64,000 bases of DNA from Antedon mediterranea (GCF_964355755.1 NC_092674.1:6138001-6202000); one strand, 5' to 3'; counted from the first letter of the stretch, positions 39,516 to 53,903 are shown. Notes: generated from the letters alone by a model not told the origin. Program-made: numbers and translations.

Positions 39516-40989
39516 TTAATCAATCGTTTGCAAATGAAGAAATTCTATTGGATAGATTCTTGTTCTAACTATCGATGCTGTTTATTTATCATAACCAAAA
39601 CAATACTTTTTTTGTAAGATAGATATCATACCTTTTATGTATGTATATAATTTTTATTAAAAATAATATATATCATCTCTAATTTAAGATCAGGGACAGA
39701 GTATTTAAAGGCGTAGATTATACTTTGAGATGGTCTTTTATTGGAGGTATGGTGGGCTTATTACAACATGTTTGTTTTCGCAACCTACCTATTAATGTTG
39801 GTCGTTTTTATTGTTTCATTTAATGATAGTTAAATCGTAAAATTTATTTTATACCTCAAAAACATGTTGTCATTGTCATGCAAGTTTTTAAATTTTTTTA
39901 ACACCAAGCAATAAATGTCGCCTGTGCATTCCTATTTGTTTACATTACCAATGTTATAATAGTAGTAGTATAGTATCTCTATGCATACATCTGCACAGTA
40001 AGCTTTCCAGAACCGGCACCCTTGGACTGGTCCAAAACTTCTGCTTTTCAAATGCATTTTAAATAGCATGATAACGTTCGAAAAACCTTTGTGTGTTTTG
40101 GGAAAGTTGACTGTAGATAAAATACATAAAGAAAAATATTGTTTTTATTAAAATTGAAGTCGTGTGTTCATGCTGCAGCATTATGTTATGTGATTTGAAT
40201 GTTTCTTTTTTTGACGAAGTAAGCATATTTAATATAATTATTAAGTCTTTGTTTTGTCAATCTACTAAAGATTACCAATTTCTCTCGGTAATGAAATATT
40301 ACTTACCAATTATTATTGTTTTGTGATCTGTAATATTCAGTTAAAACTGCTATTTAGGCCCTTAGTAGGCCAAATGTCACTTGCCCTTTCACACTAAATT
40401 ATTATCACCTTATATTATGCACTAAATAATATAATAACTGTATATTAATATGCATTTCCAAAGCTCACATCATCACATATGATTGTCAGTATTACTAATT
40501 TATGTAACAGATTATAGTTTTATATTGATCATTTTTGTAGATCCGTTTATTATTTTGTAATGATTTGTCAGTCTTGTTTTTTTTGTAATGGTATGCACAC
40601 AATTCCTCCATAGCACAATTGATCTAAAAGGCATATTCTTTTAAACAAAATCATTGTTTTTATTTCTGAAATGTCAATACTGGTTTGTCTTTCTATGTTT
40701 TTGCTGCACCTAGTAATGCTGGTATCGCAGGTGAAATGCATAATTTGTTTTAATGTACTTTTCTTCACCTATATCATTGTGTTCAATAAAAAGTGCAACA
40801 GATAAAAATAAAAACTGTTTTCTTTTTTTTATTTACAGTATCTGTTTTTTATTTCAAAAGGTGCAGACAAAAAAAAATTACACAGCAGTAATTATCATAC
40901 TCATGCCACTGTACACGCCCAGTTTGGAAATAATAAACAGTGATTGGTCTACTGTTGTCTATCAACTGTTTCTATTTTTAGAATAAGTC

Positions 40990-41349
40990 TTACAGCGCCA
41001 CCTATACGTACAGACTTTGAAACCATTTAGCAGGCTGTTTTTGATTGGTCAATATTGTTTATTGAAATAAGCAGTCATTAAAATATTATAGTAGTAGTTG
41101 TATTTTTAATTTCCTTACTAAAATACTTTATTTTTAAATATACAAATGTGAGTAATTGTATAGAAATACTTTTATTTTCATGATTTAATAAGAAATACAC
41201 ATTTTATGTCGCTAGCCATGAAATAACAATTGACCAATAAGAGTCATTGAGACATTGGTTGGTCAGATACGCTAATAAATAAAAACATTCACACGTGTGC
41301 TGGAATTGCAGAAAGCGTGTTGTTTACTGGGAATTCGAGCATGTGGTAG
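40990..41349 (+). promoter_or_regulatory. Putative promoter and non-coding exon 1 of the OTUD4-like gene
   Basis: Several CCAAT/ATTGG boxes (41044, 41234, 41255), E-box CACGTG at about 41292, donor AG|gtatgt at 41350 and strong acceptor tttttttcag at 41530. Confidence 0.5.
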
Positions 41350-41699
41350 GTATGTACCTCACATCTGTGTAATTGTAAGTAAAATGAATGCATAATTGTA
41401 CATGATCTTTATGTAATGTATTAACATGATAAAGTTGAATCATTTTGGTCACTAAAATTTATGAAGGTTGTTATCGAAAAGTCTGATTCTAATATTGCTG
41501 CCATGCCACGATATCCCATTTTTTTTTCAGTAGTGAAATTGACGTTGTTGTCAAAGATAGTCTGATTGGAAGAAAAGGCTAGAATATATGGTGGCTCCAC
41601 GTTGAAGAATGGGACGATTAGAAATGAGCCTTATGTTTTAAATTTCCATTTTACACAATTTTACTGATTTAATTTATTATAATTAACCATCCTGTTAAC

Positions 41700-44600
41700 A
41701 TGATGCGAAGACCATCGAAGCTTGAACCCATTGACGAATATCTTTCTTCACATGGTTTATACCGCAAAATAACAGCAAAAGATGGCTCATGTTTGTTTAG
41801 GGCTGTTGCAGAACAAGTAAGTCAACTTGTTAATTGCAATGATTTAATTTGTGTAATGCTATATTATTCAATATATTTTATAGTTTTAATAGAATAATAA
41901 AGTTTGTAATCAGGAATAAATTCATTTCCACATCCAGAAATATGATTTTATGTAAAATTTCCACCATGCACATGGTTGACCCCACCGACCCACCACTAAA
42001 CTCTAGGCTAGGCCTAGGCCTAGTACAATTTTTTTTAAATAAAATATGTTTAAGTTAGGCCAAATAAAAAATATTCTTGTTAAGCGTCAAACCTCTGAAA
42101 AAATTTCAGGAGAGGGAGGAATTTAAAAAATTTAATTTTCACTTTCCGATTTTAATAGGTCATTGACATTGAATTATGCTACCATGTTGGAAAAAAAAAA
42201 TACACCGCTCTATTAAAGCATGAACAAATGAATCCCTACAAGAAAACCATTTAATGCAATAAAATTGTTCTTGTACACCTGTGATTTGAATTTATCGTAA
42301 TTTTTTGTCATGAAAAAAAAAACAGGCAGCTTAAAAATCAGTGGAGGGCAGTGATGCTAACAAATATATTTTTTTTGGCCTTACAATATATACCACTCAG
42401 ACCTCCCAACTCTCCTAAGAATTGCGAGCATCTCCCGATGTTTTGTCATTTCCGATGCTATCTTGCTAAAAATACAATTGGATAAACAAACAAATATCTT
42501 TAGATTTTTCTAAGCGCCCCTCTACAGAACTGTATCAACAAGGCTAATTAATTTGTTATAAATATCTTTACAGATTTTTTATACCCAGGCACAGCATATG
42601 GAAGTTCGCTTATCTTGTATTAATTTTATGATGAAAAAAAAAGAAAATTTTAAGCCTGTAAGTACTTCTGGTTAAACAAATTTTCATAATTTATATCTAC
42701 AAAATTACAAATGGTTACATAACATAAATTTATTCATCATGTTATTAATTTTTTTTTTTTTTTTTCTAGTTTATCGAATGTCCTTTTAATGAATACATAT
42801 CACGATTGAGAAATCCTTATGTAAGTTTTTCTTTTTTCACCTACTAATTTAGCATATAGGTTCAACATTACTTGATGATAGCTTAATTCATAGGAATTAA
42901 CATTGACTGAGACATCAGGCATTTTTTAATATAATATAATCATAATGTTCTGTTTTTGCGCTACAGGAATGGGGAGGTGATGTTGAAATTTCAGCTTTAT
43001 CACTACTTTATGAGTGAGTTTCATTAATATTTGTAAAAATCGCTATAATTTTAATACACAATTTTACTAATAATTGATAATTAATATATTTTTACTATTA
43101 TAGAGGGAGCTATATATGAATTTTTCCACTGACATAAGCTCTGTATACACTTCCAAACTAGTTTGACAAAAAAGTGTGATGTGCCCAAATATAGTAGTGA
43201 TATGACATAATCATTTCCATATATGGGCACCTTTTTTTGTCGCATAAAGTTTAATAGTGTAGACAGAGCTTAAGTGCATATTAAGTGTTATTTTTACCTA
43301 TAGATCCTAGGATTAAAAATTAAAAAAAAAACAGTAAAAGTCAATCTAATTTTGATACAAAATTTAATGATCAAATGAGAGATTGTGGTTTTGTAAACCA
43401 TAGATGAAACATCGATCTGTCATATGATGGTTCCCAATTGTTGATCATTTTTTTGTCATTATATTTTGTATTGAAATTATATAATAAACTTTTAATTTAT
43501 AATTTTTAAACACGGTTTTTTGTAGACGTGATTTTGTGATATATGAGGAAATAGGGAAGCCACCAGTTGAGGCAACCCAAAATGGATTCGGCAAGCAGGT
43601 GTGTTTTCATTATTTAAATTTAACCACCTGTAATTATACAAATCTGTAATCGGATGTAGTATTGGCGAATTAGCTGGGTAGTAAGATGCTAGTCTTCAAA
43701 TCAAAATTTCGAAATAAAATCTCATTTGTACAAAGATTAGGAACTTTACTTTAGGTATAAGCTTCGAAAAAAAGTAATTTTTTCTGAGCAATACATTTTC
43801 TTTTTGATAGATTGTGCTTTGTTTTACACATGGTAACCACTATGATAGCGTATTCACAAAACAATTTCAAGATGTTGCAGCAATTTGTCAAGGTAACTAA
43901 GAACATAGCTCAAGAATTCAAACTTTAAAATCTAATGTTCTATGACATACAAAATATCAACTTGCGTGTATAAGTGTACACTGTTTTTTTATGAGTATTC
44001 TTGTTACAAGTAAACTCAACACTGGCAGCCAACATAAAATGAATGGTACATTATTTAGAAGATTTCAGTTAAATGTTATAATCTGTATTTGTATTTGTAT
44101 AGCGCCAAATTGATCAAAGCGCTTCACATTGTAATACATTGGAAACAAGTAAGTTTTACGGCCTTTCTTAAATAGATCTATCGATTGTTAGAGGATTCCA
44201 GAAACTTACTCCAAATTTGGAGAAAGACACGCCTTTCAAGGCAGTCCTCCAACCTGTTGGGATCATTTCACGACGCGAGACCACGCTTCACACAATTAAT
44301 AACAATTTTTTCTACTTATCATCACTAGCTGTTGTGTATGAGATGCTGTATAAAGATGTTTTCAAACTACACGATAAAGTTGACGAGGCGATTGATATAC
44401 TTCGATATCCAAACCGAATTCCATTCCCATGCGAGCAAGATCACGAAGGTTCTCCTCGACAACAAGAACATGAATTTGAAAGTTCAGGAGAGGTGTTTGA
44501 TAATAGAGGATTTGAAGTGGTAAGGAGTGCCTAATGTTTATGAGCGCTTACGGGGGCCCCTGAACAGTGCCCAGAGGAAAAAACGGCATTAAAATATGTA

Positions 44601-47600
44601 GAAAAATGGCTAAAAATGCATGAGGACGCCAGCGTTAGAGAGCCACTTAGGGTTCCTAAGCCAGGGGCTCAGGCCTCTGCGTTACGCCACTGGTGGTAAA
44701 ACAAAAGAATATGAATATTTCATCTGGGTAGGCTCTGTGTATGATTTAACTAAAGTTTGGTTCCCACTTGGAAGCAATGCAAGGATGTAAAAATGTATAA
44801 TGTTGCATGCAGGGCCCCAATGAAAACCAGTTTAAAACTGTTTGGGTTACCCTGGGTAAAGAAATGTAATAATTATAAAAGTGCAACGCAAGTAATATGA
44901 CTGATCACAAAATGATTGATCATCTGAAATGTCACAAGTGTGACCCAAGGTTAACAATGCATGTCACTGTAAAGCACTATCCAACTAGTTTGACAAAAAA
45001 AAATGTGATGTTCCCAAATATGGTAGTGATATGACCAAATATGGTAGTGATATGACATCATCATGTCCATATATAGGCACATCTCATTTTTTTGTCACAT
45101 AATGTTTGATAATGTAGACAGAGCTTTACAGTGCATTCAAACACCAGATCACCAGTTTATACATGATTCACTAATAGTTAATTAGTTATTTTTGTTGTAG
45201 AAGAGAGAAAATAAACGACGTCCACCCTTCCCATACAAAGTTATAAAGTCATTAGATCCAGAGATATATAGAAATGTTGAATTTGATACATGGTCAGATT
45301 TTAAAAAGCGTAAGTATTCTTGCCAACTTCTAAGTACTGTATACTTCTTATGATATAATAATATTTATTATTTCTTAAACCTGTTTTCTACTGTATTGAC
45401 TTTTCATCTGTGTAATCGGTAAACTCTGGAACCTTAAGCTCTGTCTACACTATCAAACTAGTTTGACAAAATAAAGTGTGATATTCCCAAATATGGTAGT
45501 GCTATGACATCATCATGTCCATATATGGGCACATCACATTTTTTTTCCACATAAAGCCTAGACAGAGCTTTAGACAGAGCTTTATACAGAGCAGATGCAG
45601 GACTTTAAAATAACTTGGTGAAAGAGAGGAGTTGTAATAATTTTAAAATGAAGAGCAGAACTACTAAGCTATTGTCCCATCGTTCGCATTGTAACAAAAT
45701 ATAGGGGTAGGGGCCAGCCACGCCTCTCAATGTGTCCGCCTATGCAAGAGTACCATAATGTTTATTTAATAGTTTCAAATAGGCTTAACAAAATGAAAAT
45801 GTCTTGCTTTAATAAGATGGCTAGTAAAATACTTCAAGGCCATAGCAAGAGGTTAAAAAGAGACGAGGCAAAGATGCTTTAAATATAATTATTAATATAA
45901 AATATGACTACTCTTGCATTTGTATACAGAAAAAACTTTTTTTCTTATAGAGCAACAACACCGAGAATATCTTATTTCTGCTGGGATGCAGTATGCTCTT
46001 GGCGACAAATGCTTAGTAAGTGAATTTTATGAGTTCTGTTATGTGAGGGAGAGTGATGTTGATAAAGAATAGTTCATAGTGCTGTTAACACTACCGGGAA
46101 AGTCTGTGGATTTGGAAGACAGGCTTCAAAGAAAGTCAAGTCAAGTATCATTTATTGTCATTTGTTTTAAGAAAAAAAACATAGAAATTCTGTTTGCTCT
46201 GTTGGCGGAGCACAATATTCAACGGACACAACACAAAGGTTCAGTTACCTAAATATGATGTGTTATGTTTGCTATTTAATAGCATTATTTTTTAAACTAT
46301 TTCTTAAACTATTTCTTTAGGTACATTTAGATGATGCATCAAAATTCTACAATGCCCATATCCAAGACGTGTCCTCTTCAAATGGACCAGTTACAGTTTT
46401 TATCGAAGAAATGGGCGAAAAGTAAGACAAAAAGTGTTACATTGGCATGTTTTGGTTTTTCCTCTGTTCTTGAATATAAAAAACTACCAATACTTACAAT
46501 TATTAAAATGAATTTTATTTACAATATCAGAGGTAATTATTAATAAATAATTATTTTGCAACCTTTACATACATTTGCTCTTTTATGTAAATATGATGAT
46601 CTATTGTAGCTGTGTCTTTGCTTATTTTATTTAATGTATTATATTATTTAGCTTTCATTAATTGCATGTTCCCTGCACACATCCTTTTATTAGTACCTAA
46701 TTATATTAGTATCAAATGTATTATTTGACTCCTTTTTAAATACCATTATTTACTGCATATTCTCTAGTAGATTTATTAAGGAAAATTAATTGCATAGCAC
46801 TATGCCAAGACTACAATGCAACACCGCTTCGCTTCTGTGAAATTGGGGCTGTAGCATAAGCTATCACAGCACTGTTTATAAGCAGGCACTATGAATATAA
46901 ACAATGCATTACTTCGTACTGACTAATGTAGTGTTGTGCAATCGAACATTCCACGATATAGCATACTAACAATACTATATCAACTTATGTCTAAGTTACT
47001 AAAAGCGTTAAGTTAAAATTATACTATAGAAATTGCAGTAAAATAATATCACTATCCCCCCCCCCCCCATGCTAGCTTCCTGCATGCTTTTCCTTTTGTT
47101 TAACAATAGTTCCGCTATTATTTTGTGTTTGCATGTTTTGTGGTAGATGCACTGTACCAATTAAAAATCTACGTCCCCTGAACCAACAACCTCAATCTTA
47201 CAAATGTATTTCTCCTAGAAGCTTCAGGAACCAATCAGGCCACATTAGTAAGTCATGTGATAATCCTTTCTTTTTTTTGGCCTATGGAGTTTTCAAATAA
47301 ATATCATCTTTTAATTGAAATATAATTTGAATAATGATTTATACTTATTAAAAAAATAATAATGATGATAATGTATATTGTTATGCACAACTATCTTTAT
47401 ATTGTTACGACCACTTTTGGCCGAAATACTTAAATAACAACAACGACGTTTGGAACAAATAATAGCCAACACTCAAAGTACTATGCAAGAAGCACAAGCA
47501 CAACAAAACTATAATATATACCGTCTCGTGAGTCAGTCCTTCTCTTGTCTCACACATCCAACACAGCTTTCTAAAATACCGTGCATCACAATGCTCCCTT

Positions 47601-50600
47601 CTGATTCGTCCACTTGACCACCGGCGACTTGATTCATTTGCATGTGACACCTGATTATCGTCACACTATCGTCAACAATATTCGTACAGAGCATGCAGAT
47701 AAAATAGTACATACATTAGTATCACATTTGGCTTTCATCTTTAACCCTTCCTGTACCTTAAAAGCTTTTTAATTAAAATTAAAATTATAGAAATGAATTT
47801 AATTATATAAATTAATTATTATAAATTAAAATTAGAAAATACATTGAGGTTTCATTGTTGTATATAACAATGAAAGTTTTATTTTATTAAAATGGTTTTT
47901 GCCTCTAGGTCCCCATCTTCGCATTTTAAAGAGAGGGCGGTTTTTGAGTGATAGTGTCTATATTTTAGGTGAAGATCAGCCGCCTTACCAAGACCAGGGC
48001 GTAAGAGAGGAGAAATACTCGCCTTACAAGCAAGGAGCACCTAGATATCTCTCACCATACAGGTATACAAAGATTGATAGAGGGAGGCACCACAAATTGA
48101 AATACTCATTTACTGCATTTTGGTCTTTTTTCCATTAACCTTAAAATAATGATTTAATAATCATTTAATAGTTAGTCTAGTCTAATTTATATCCCTCCAA
48201 CCCAAATCTTTTTATTGAATTTTAACAAACATTCTCCTTACCTACTAATTTGTTGATAATTTCTGTTCTGTTTTTGTTTTTCTTGTTTTGAGTTAATTAT
48301 TGCATGCTTGCATCACAATAATATAATCGTTTTCTTTTTTCAACTCATAATATTTAATTGATCAAAAATGTAGATAGTAGACGATTATAATTAATATATA
48401 CATTTATAAATCTTTTTTCTTTTTTTCTCTAATATAATATTTGATTGATAAAAAATGTAGATAGAAGACAATTATAATTAATATTCATTTATAGAATGCG
48501 GAGAGGTGTACATTACAATCGGCAAAGGACCTACAGCCAAGGAAGTGATGTTGACGAACATTTGTTGGTTGATAGTTCAATGTATGACCTTCAAGATGAC
48601 GACGGACAGCCATCTTTCACACCCATGCCCGTAAGTAAATACTGTAAAACCTCGAAAAGAAGCTCATGGGCCTTTTTTTTAGTACACTTGGGTGGGCTTC
48701 TTTTTGAGATGAGCTTTTCAAGATTATTTTTGGTGACATATGGGGTACTATAGGTAAATACTGTAAAACCTCGAAAAGAAGCCCATGGTCTTCTTTTTTT
48801 AGTACTCTTATGTGGCCTTTTTGAGAGGGCTTCTTTTCAGGATTATTTTGGTGACCTTTCGGGTACTTTCAGGAAACCACACCCTCCCTACACTAACATG
48901 ACTCAATGAACTGGTTTATTAATAAATAAATAAATTGCAAAATATCTTTATATATAAATTTAAGTAAACTATAATAACATTGCTAATTATTTGTAGGTAC
49001 ATGTTCATCAAAATGGACCAATGGATGGAAAGTCTGGGTGTTGGGGTAAAGTGCGGAGAAGAGGACGCACAACATTACCCATGAATCATCCCAGAAACAT
49101 GGTACATGATCACTATGGCGACCACTTCATACAACCATGTGGTGAGTTTCATTTATGTTATGTTATTTTAAATGTTATTTCATATGGATGCAACAAAGTT
49201 GAAAGCTCTGTCTACACTATCAAACTTTAGGCGACAACAAAATGTGATGTGCACATGGACATGACGATGTCACAACACTACCATATTTGGGCATATCACT
49301 ACCATATTTGGGAACATCACAATTTTTTTGTCAAACTACTTTGATAGTGTAGACAGATCTTTAATGTCATAGTGTATTCAGTTTTTTATATCAATTTAAT
49401 TTTAAACTGATTTATTTTTCCTTTTTAGATGTGCAAGTAGATGATGATATGTATGAAGAACAAGGTACTGTACATTGTTGTGTTCCTACTGTTAAATATT
49501 TCAGTGTCTGTAACTTCTTTAACTAGTGAATTTTTGTTTCTTGATATAAAAATAAAAATGCTATACAAATTTTAAATTATGACACTGTCTACACTATCAA
49601 ATTTTATGTGACAAAAAAAAGGGATGTGCCCATATATGGACACAATGATGTCATATCACTAAATGCAAGTACATCACACTTTTTTGGGTCAAAAGAGTTT
49701 AACCAACCTAAAGCTCTGTCTACACTATCAAAGTTTATGTGACGATGTCACTAGCATATTTGGGCATATAACTATCATTTCTTGGGTCCAAATAGTTTGA
49801 TAGTGTGGAAAGAACTTTAAAGTATGCTATCAATGTTTCACTTGATTTAAATAATATAAATCTCATTTTTCTTTTAACAATTAGTTATTGATGATGGTCA
49901 ACGTCCTCAATTACACCGAAGAAAGGTAAAAGATGTGATTTCAAAATTGTACAATTTATGTTAGAAACTTTGACTTACAAACTATGCATTTCATTTATAT
50001 TTGCAAATGCTTTCACATGGATCTTTGAAAGAGCACTTCTTAATCAAGGTTTGGTATCGTTGGGTGGGAAGCAAAATAATCTGTATTAGTACTGTACTAT
50101 GAATTAGTTCCTAAGCACGATGTTTGTGTAAAGCGCTGTCTACGCTATAAACTAATTTTACAAAAATAGTGTGATGTGCCTAAATATGGTATTGATATGA
50201 AAACATCATGTCGATATATGGGCACATCACATTTTTTTTCACATAAAGTTTGATAGTGTAGACAGAGCTTTACAGGAGACACTCTATATTATATCGATTT
50301 TGTCACTATGTTATTGTATGCTTGATTTTTGTTGTGAAATTGTGTATTATGCAGTATTTACTTTTGTATTTGCTTGTTTGTAGGTTGTTTTGTGTTCGTT
50401 GTTTGTGTAAGTATGTAACATGTATAACAAAAATGTGTTAACTACCACATCCTAAACTTTATTGTTACTTTATTGTGGTTGAAATGGCTGTTGAAAAATA
50501 ATAACTTAACATTTAATCCATTTTTATTCCAGACACCATCACCGGCTCAAGATATACCCCATAGTAACATGCAAGAGGGTCATTTTGTGTGTGCCGACCC

Positions 50601-53002
50601 GAACTGGAGCGATTCAAACTCCAGCATAATGGAGGACAAAATGCATAAATCTATTCACAGTAACGTAACACCACCAAATATGATACCTGTCAACAATCAA
50701 CCGTCAGTAGCTGTTGGAATTCCTTTCTGCCCTATTATGTTACCAGGTAATATGGCCTGGAATGAATACATCATCATCCACATCCACCTATCATATCTTC
50801 AGTTTATTTAACATGTTGCACACAGTTAGGGAGGTCCGAAGGTTTAAAATGATGTCTCTATTTATTGAGGTGCCCTATAAACTAAAGACCATCACCAGCT
50901 AATGGAAAATAAATAGCCTAGGCAATGATGATTTTTAACCCTTTTATTGGAAAAACAAACCCCTTGTAAAAATCCTGATTATGAGCATGCACGTGACAAA
51001 GGGCTTAGGGCCAGTTTACACAGACAAGCAGTAACAGAAAACAAAAATACAGTATGCTATTTATACAGATTTAAGGTGGACAAGCTACGCTGTTTTCCGC
51101 TTACCGTTGCAGCTCGTCTGTGTAAAAAACTATAATACTAGTTCAGCCAACTGTGATACGTACCATTTATATTTAACATTATATTACTTATTATATTATC
51201 TAGCAACTGATAACTTAACAGGTCCAGTAAATATAGCAGCTGGAAGTTCAAGAGATCAAGCCGGTTCTGATCTACCACTAAATGGTAAGCTGAACCAAAT
51301 ATTAAATAAGAAGAAACAAGAACAAACTAAAGTTGTATAACTAATACAGTAGAACTCCTTGTTAAGAGGACACATTCGGGACCCAACAAAGCATCATCCA
51401 ACAGGGGTTGACTGTTGTGTTAAAGCATAATATTTTTACTCTAGTTTGTTTCACGAGAAAGTGCCTGTAATAAAGTTGCCTATAAATATGTTCTAGGATA
51501 TATTCACAGGGCTCTAGCCACCAGTATGGTTGGTAAAAATTCGACTGGACCACTTTGTCAAAGACTAGGCCTGACCTGTGGCAAGCACACAGATTGTTCC
51601 CATTGGTGCAGTACATTAATACCATTGTCTGTTGCAAGAATAGTTGTATACATTTGGTATACGTAATGGAAAATAGGAAATAATTGGAAATAATATTTAT
51701 GTGGTTACTTTTTTTGTAGATGTGTCCACCTTAAGATTCTTTTATAATTTAGGATTTGAGGTAGGTGTGTTAATTTTTTATCTGAATTTTTAAAATTATA
51801 TGGTTGACGTTTTATTGGTATTTTTGTAAAGTTCATTCTGCTAATTACTTTTTGACATTATCTATTTATATATTTGTTGCATCATCTATTTATTTACAGT
51901 ACTATCATCAAGTTTGTATATACCAAGCGCAACGGCAACCAGCCAAGATCCAGGGCCCTGAGATTATTCAGTATCCCATACATTACCAGACCTTTCCTCC
52001 ACCTGTTCCTCCACATCATCAGATGCAGATGCCTGCCCAACAGATGAGGCCAGCAGTGATCCCGAGAATGCCGTACCAGGAGGGATCTCGGTGCCGAAGC
52101 TCCTCTCTAGGTAGTATTATATCTGAAGAAGAGTTTGAAGGGAGGAGGTCGTATGCTAGAGCTAATGGTATGGAATTAAGTGTGGTGTGTGTTGTAGGGC
52201 GGGAAACAGCTTAAAATAATACTTGAAAAAAAAATTATTATATTATTATAATATTTAAGATGATAAATTGTGTTATATACAGTAGCATGTATATACAGTA
52301 TTTGTAGATACCTTGTGAGCTCAACTCCCCCTCTATTGTTGACCCACCACCCCAAAAGACTTGACCCACCATCTGAAAGACTTGACCCACCACCCCAAAA
52401 TACTTGACCCACCACCCCAAAAGACTTGACCCACCATCTGAAAGACTTGACCCACCACCCCAAAATACTTGACCCACCACCCCAAAAGACTTGATCCACC
52501 ATCCGAAAATACTTGACCCACCACCCTAAAAGACTTGACCCACCACCCCAAAAGACTTGGCCCACCACCCCAAAAGACTTGACCCACCACCCCAAAAGAC
52601 TTGACCCACCATCCCAAAAGACTTGACCCACCACCCCAAAAGATTTGACCCACCACCTGAAAAGGCTTGCCCCAAGTTCTGTTTAAGTTACGAATTTAAA
52701 AATGTATTTCAGGTATGTTACCATCTGAAGCCTATTACCAAGAACAAGGGTTTGCTAAACCACCACCCACAGTCACTACCTATCTACCGGTAGCACAACC
52801 AATGCCTCCGATGCCAGGTACACCACATATGCAGATGGCTGCCCTCAACCTTGATACTCCGCCGGTCACTCCAGCAGCGTACCAATACCCAATGGTAGGT
52901 CCTCGTCAAACTGCACCAACACAACAGTATATATACCGTAGTCCGACAAAACCGAACCCACAAATGCGTGGTAAAAACGTTAATGGATTTATAGTTGTCT
53001 AA
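41700..53002 (+). CDS. OTUD4: OTU-Tudor deubiquitinase, OTUD4/ALG13/Drosophila otu family, 21 coding exons, about 788 aa
   Basis: Exons 41700-41816, 42574-42657, 42770-42820, 42967-43013, 43526-43598, 43811-43892, 44329-44519, 45201-45309, 45951-46015, 46321-46421, 47147-47247, 47969-48062, 48495-48630, 48997-49141, 49429-49464, 49885-49925, 50533-50746, 51204-51284, 51720-51760, 51900-52167, 52713-53002 (total 2367 nt, divisible by 3). Catalytic Cys box [33 protein letters not shown], His box [28 protein letters not shown], Tudor region (YALGDKC...FYNAHIQDV...[11 protein letters not shown]) and C-terminal [17 protein letters not shown] motif. No ALG13 glycosyltransferase domain. The low-complexity middle and C-terminal exons are less certain. 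Confidence 0.88.
43137..43270. mobile_element. MITE family A
   Basis: Both TIRs and core. Confidence 0.85.
44973..45125. mobile_element. MITE family A (left TIR partly deleted)
   Basis: Core and right TIR gtagacagagct. Confidence 0.75.
45437..45592. mobile_element. MITE family A with triplicated right end
   Basis: Left TIR, core, then tagacagagctt repeated about 3 times. Confidence 0.8.
49204..49360. mobile_element. MITE family A
   Basis: Both TIRs and core. Confidence 0.85.
49585..49816. mobile_element. Two adjacent degenerate MITE family A copies
   Basis: ctgtctacactatcaaa at 49586 and 49716, with core fragments. Confidence 0.7.
50132..50268. mobile_element. MITE family A
   Basis: Both TIRs (left diverged). 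Confidence 0.8.
51008..51128. mobile_element. Harbinger-like MITE F
   Basis: ttagggccagtttacacagacaagc ... gctcgtctgtgtaaa inverted ends. Related fragments at about 7775-7870 and 12535-12630. Confidence 0.55.
52340..52670. repeat. 21-22-bp minisatellite (gacttgacccaccaccccaaaa)n
   Basis: About 15 copies in the last OTUD4-like intron; explains three minus-strand ORFs. Confidence 0.95.
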
Positions 53003-53903
53003 GTCGAGAGATTACTCTCTAAAAGTAACTGCCATTTTTTGCGTATTTAAATATTCCAGAATTGTTTCTGCTTCAATTATTGATACGCCTGCGATTGTAA
53101 CCTTGATTGAAAATATTGATATTTTAACAAATATTTTACATAGAAATTAAAAATAATTCAGTTTATATTGTTTTGTTCCTTTTAGAAGATTTTTCAATTC
53201 TTTGGTTTTTGAAATTATATTCTTCCAAGTTTGGTTTATAAATGAATATATTTGTGTTCAAAGAAATGATAAATTATATTTGAGAAAAATTTAATTAATT
53301 GGTTTGTATTGAAAATGAATATTGAAAAAATATGGTATTATATTATTATTACATATTCGAAAAATGCAAATTGTTGATGCTTTAACATATTATTGCAGAT
53401 AGATTTATATAACTTTTCAATGACATTTTAAATCTCTGAAATATTCAATTAAGTTCAATTATTTTACTTAAAAAAATAATACTTTTCACTAATAAAAAAT
53501 TAGATGGCAATGTTTTTGATCTGATAACAAAAGATTTGCTAAATTTGATCTCCAAATAGTTTGTTAGTTGATTGTTCAAAGGTTATATTTTTACCAAAAA
53601 TCTTAAATCAATTCAATTAACCATAGTGCAATCAATAGACCAATTTATATTTTTGAAAATTGAATGAAGTTATTTTTTCACAAGTTTTTAGATTTGTGTT
53701 CTTATATTTCATAGATTTATTAACATGGTTAGGTCTGTTTATTTCTGAAATGCGTTTCAAATATAAGTATGTGCTTTCAAATCAAATAATTGAGTTGATT
53801 AAAACCAAAAGATAATTACATTGATAGAAATTCATAAATATTCTGTAACTGAATTGTGTGATCTGTGCGTGAAAGAAAATGTGGATGTTATACTTATTTG
53901 ATT

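Noticed and set aside
47403-47726. Possible solo LTR (TGT...ACA) in an OTUD4-like intron
   Set aside because: No matching target-site duplication and no second copy in the window; cannot be supported without a repeat library.
52176-52656. Three overlapping Gly/Trp-rich minus-strand ORFs
   Set aside because: Artefacts of a 21-22-bp minisatellite in the last intron of the OTUD4-like gene.
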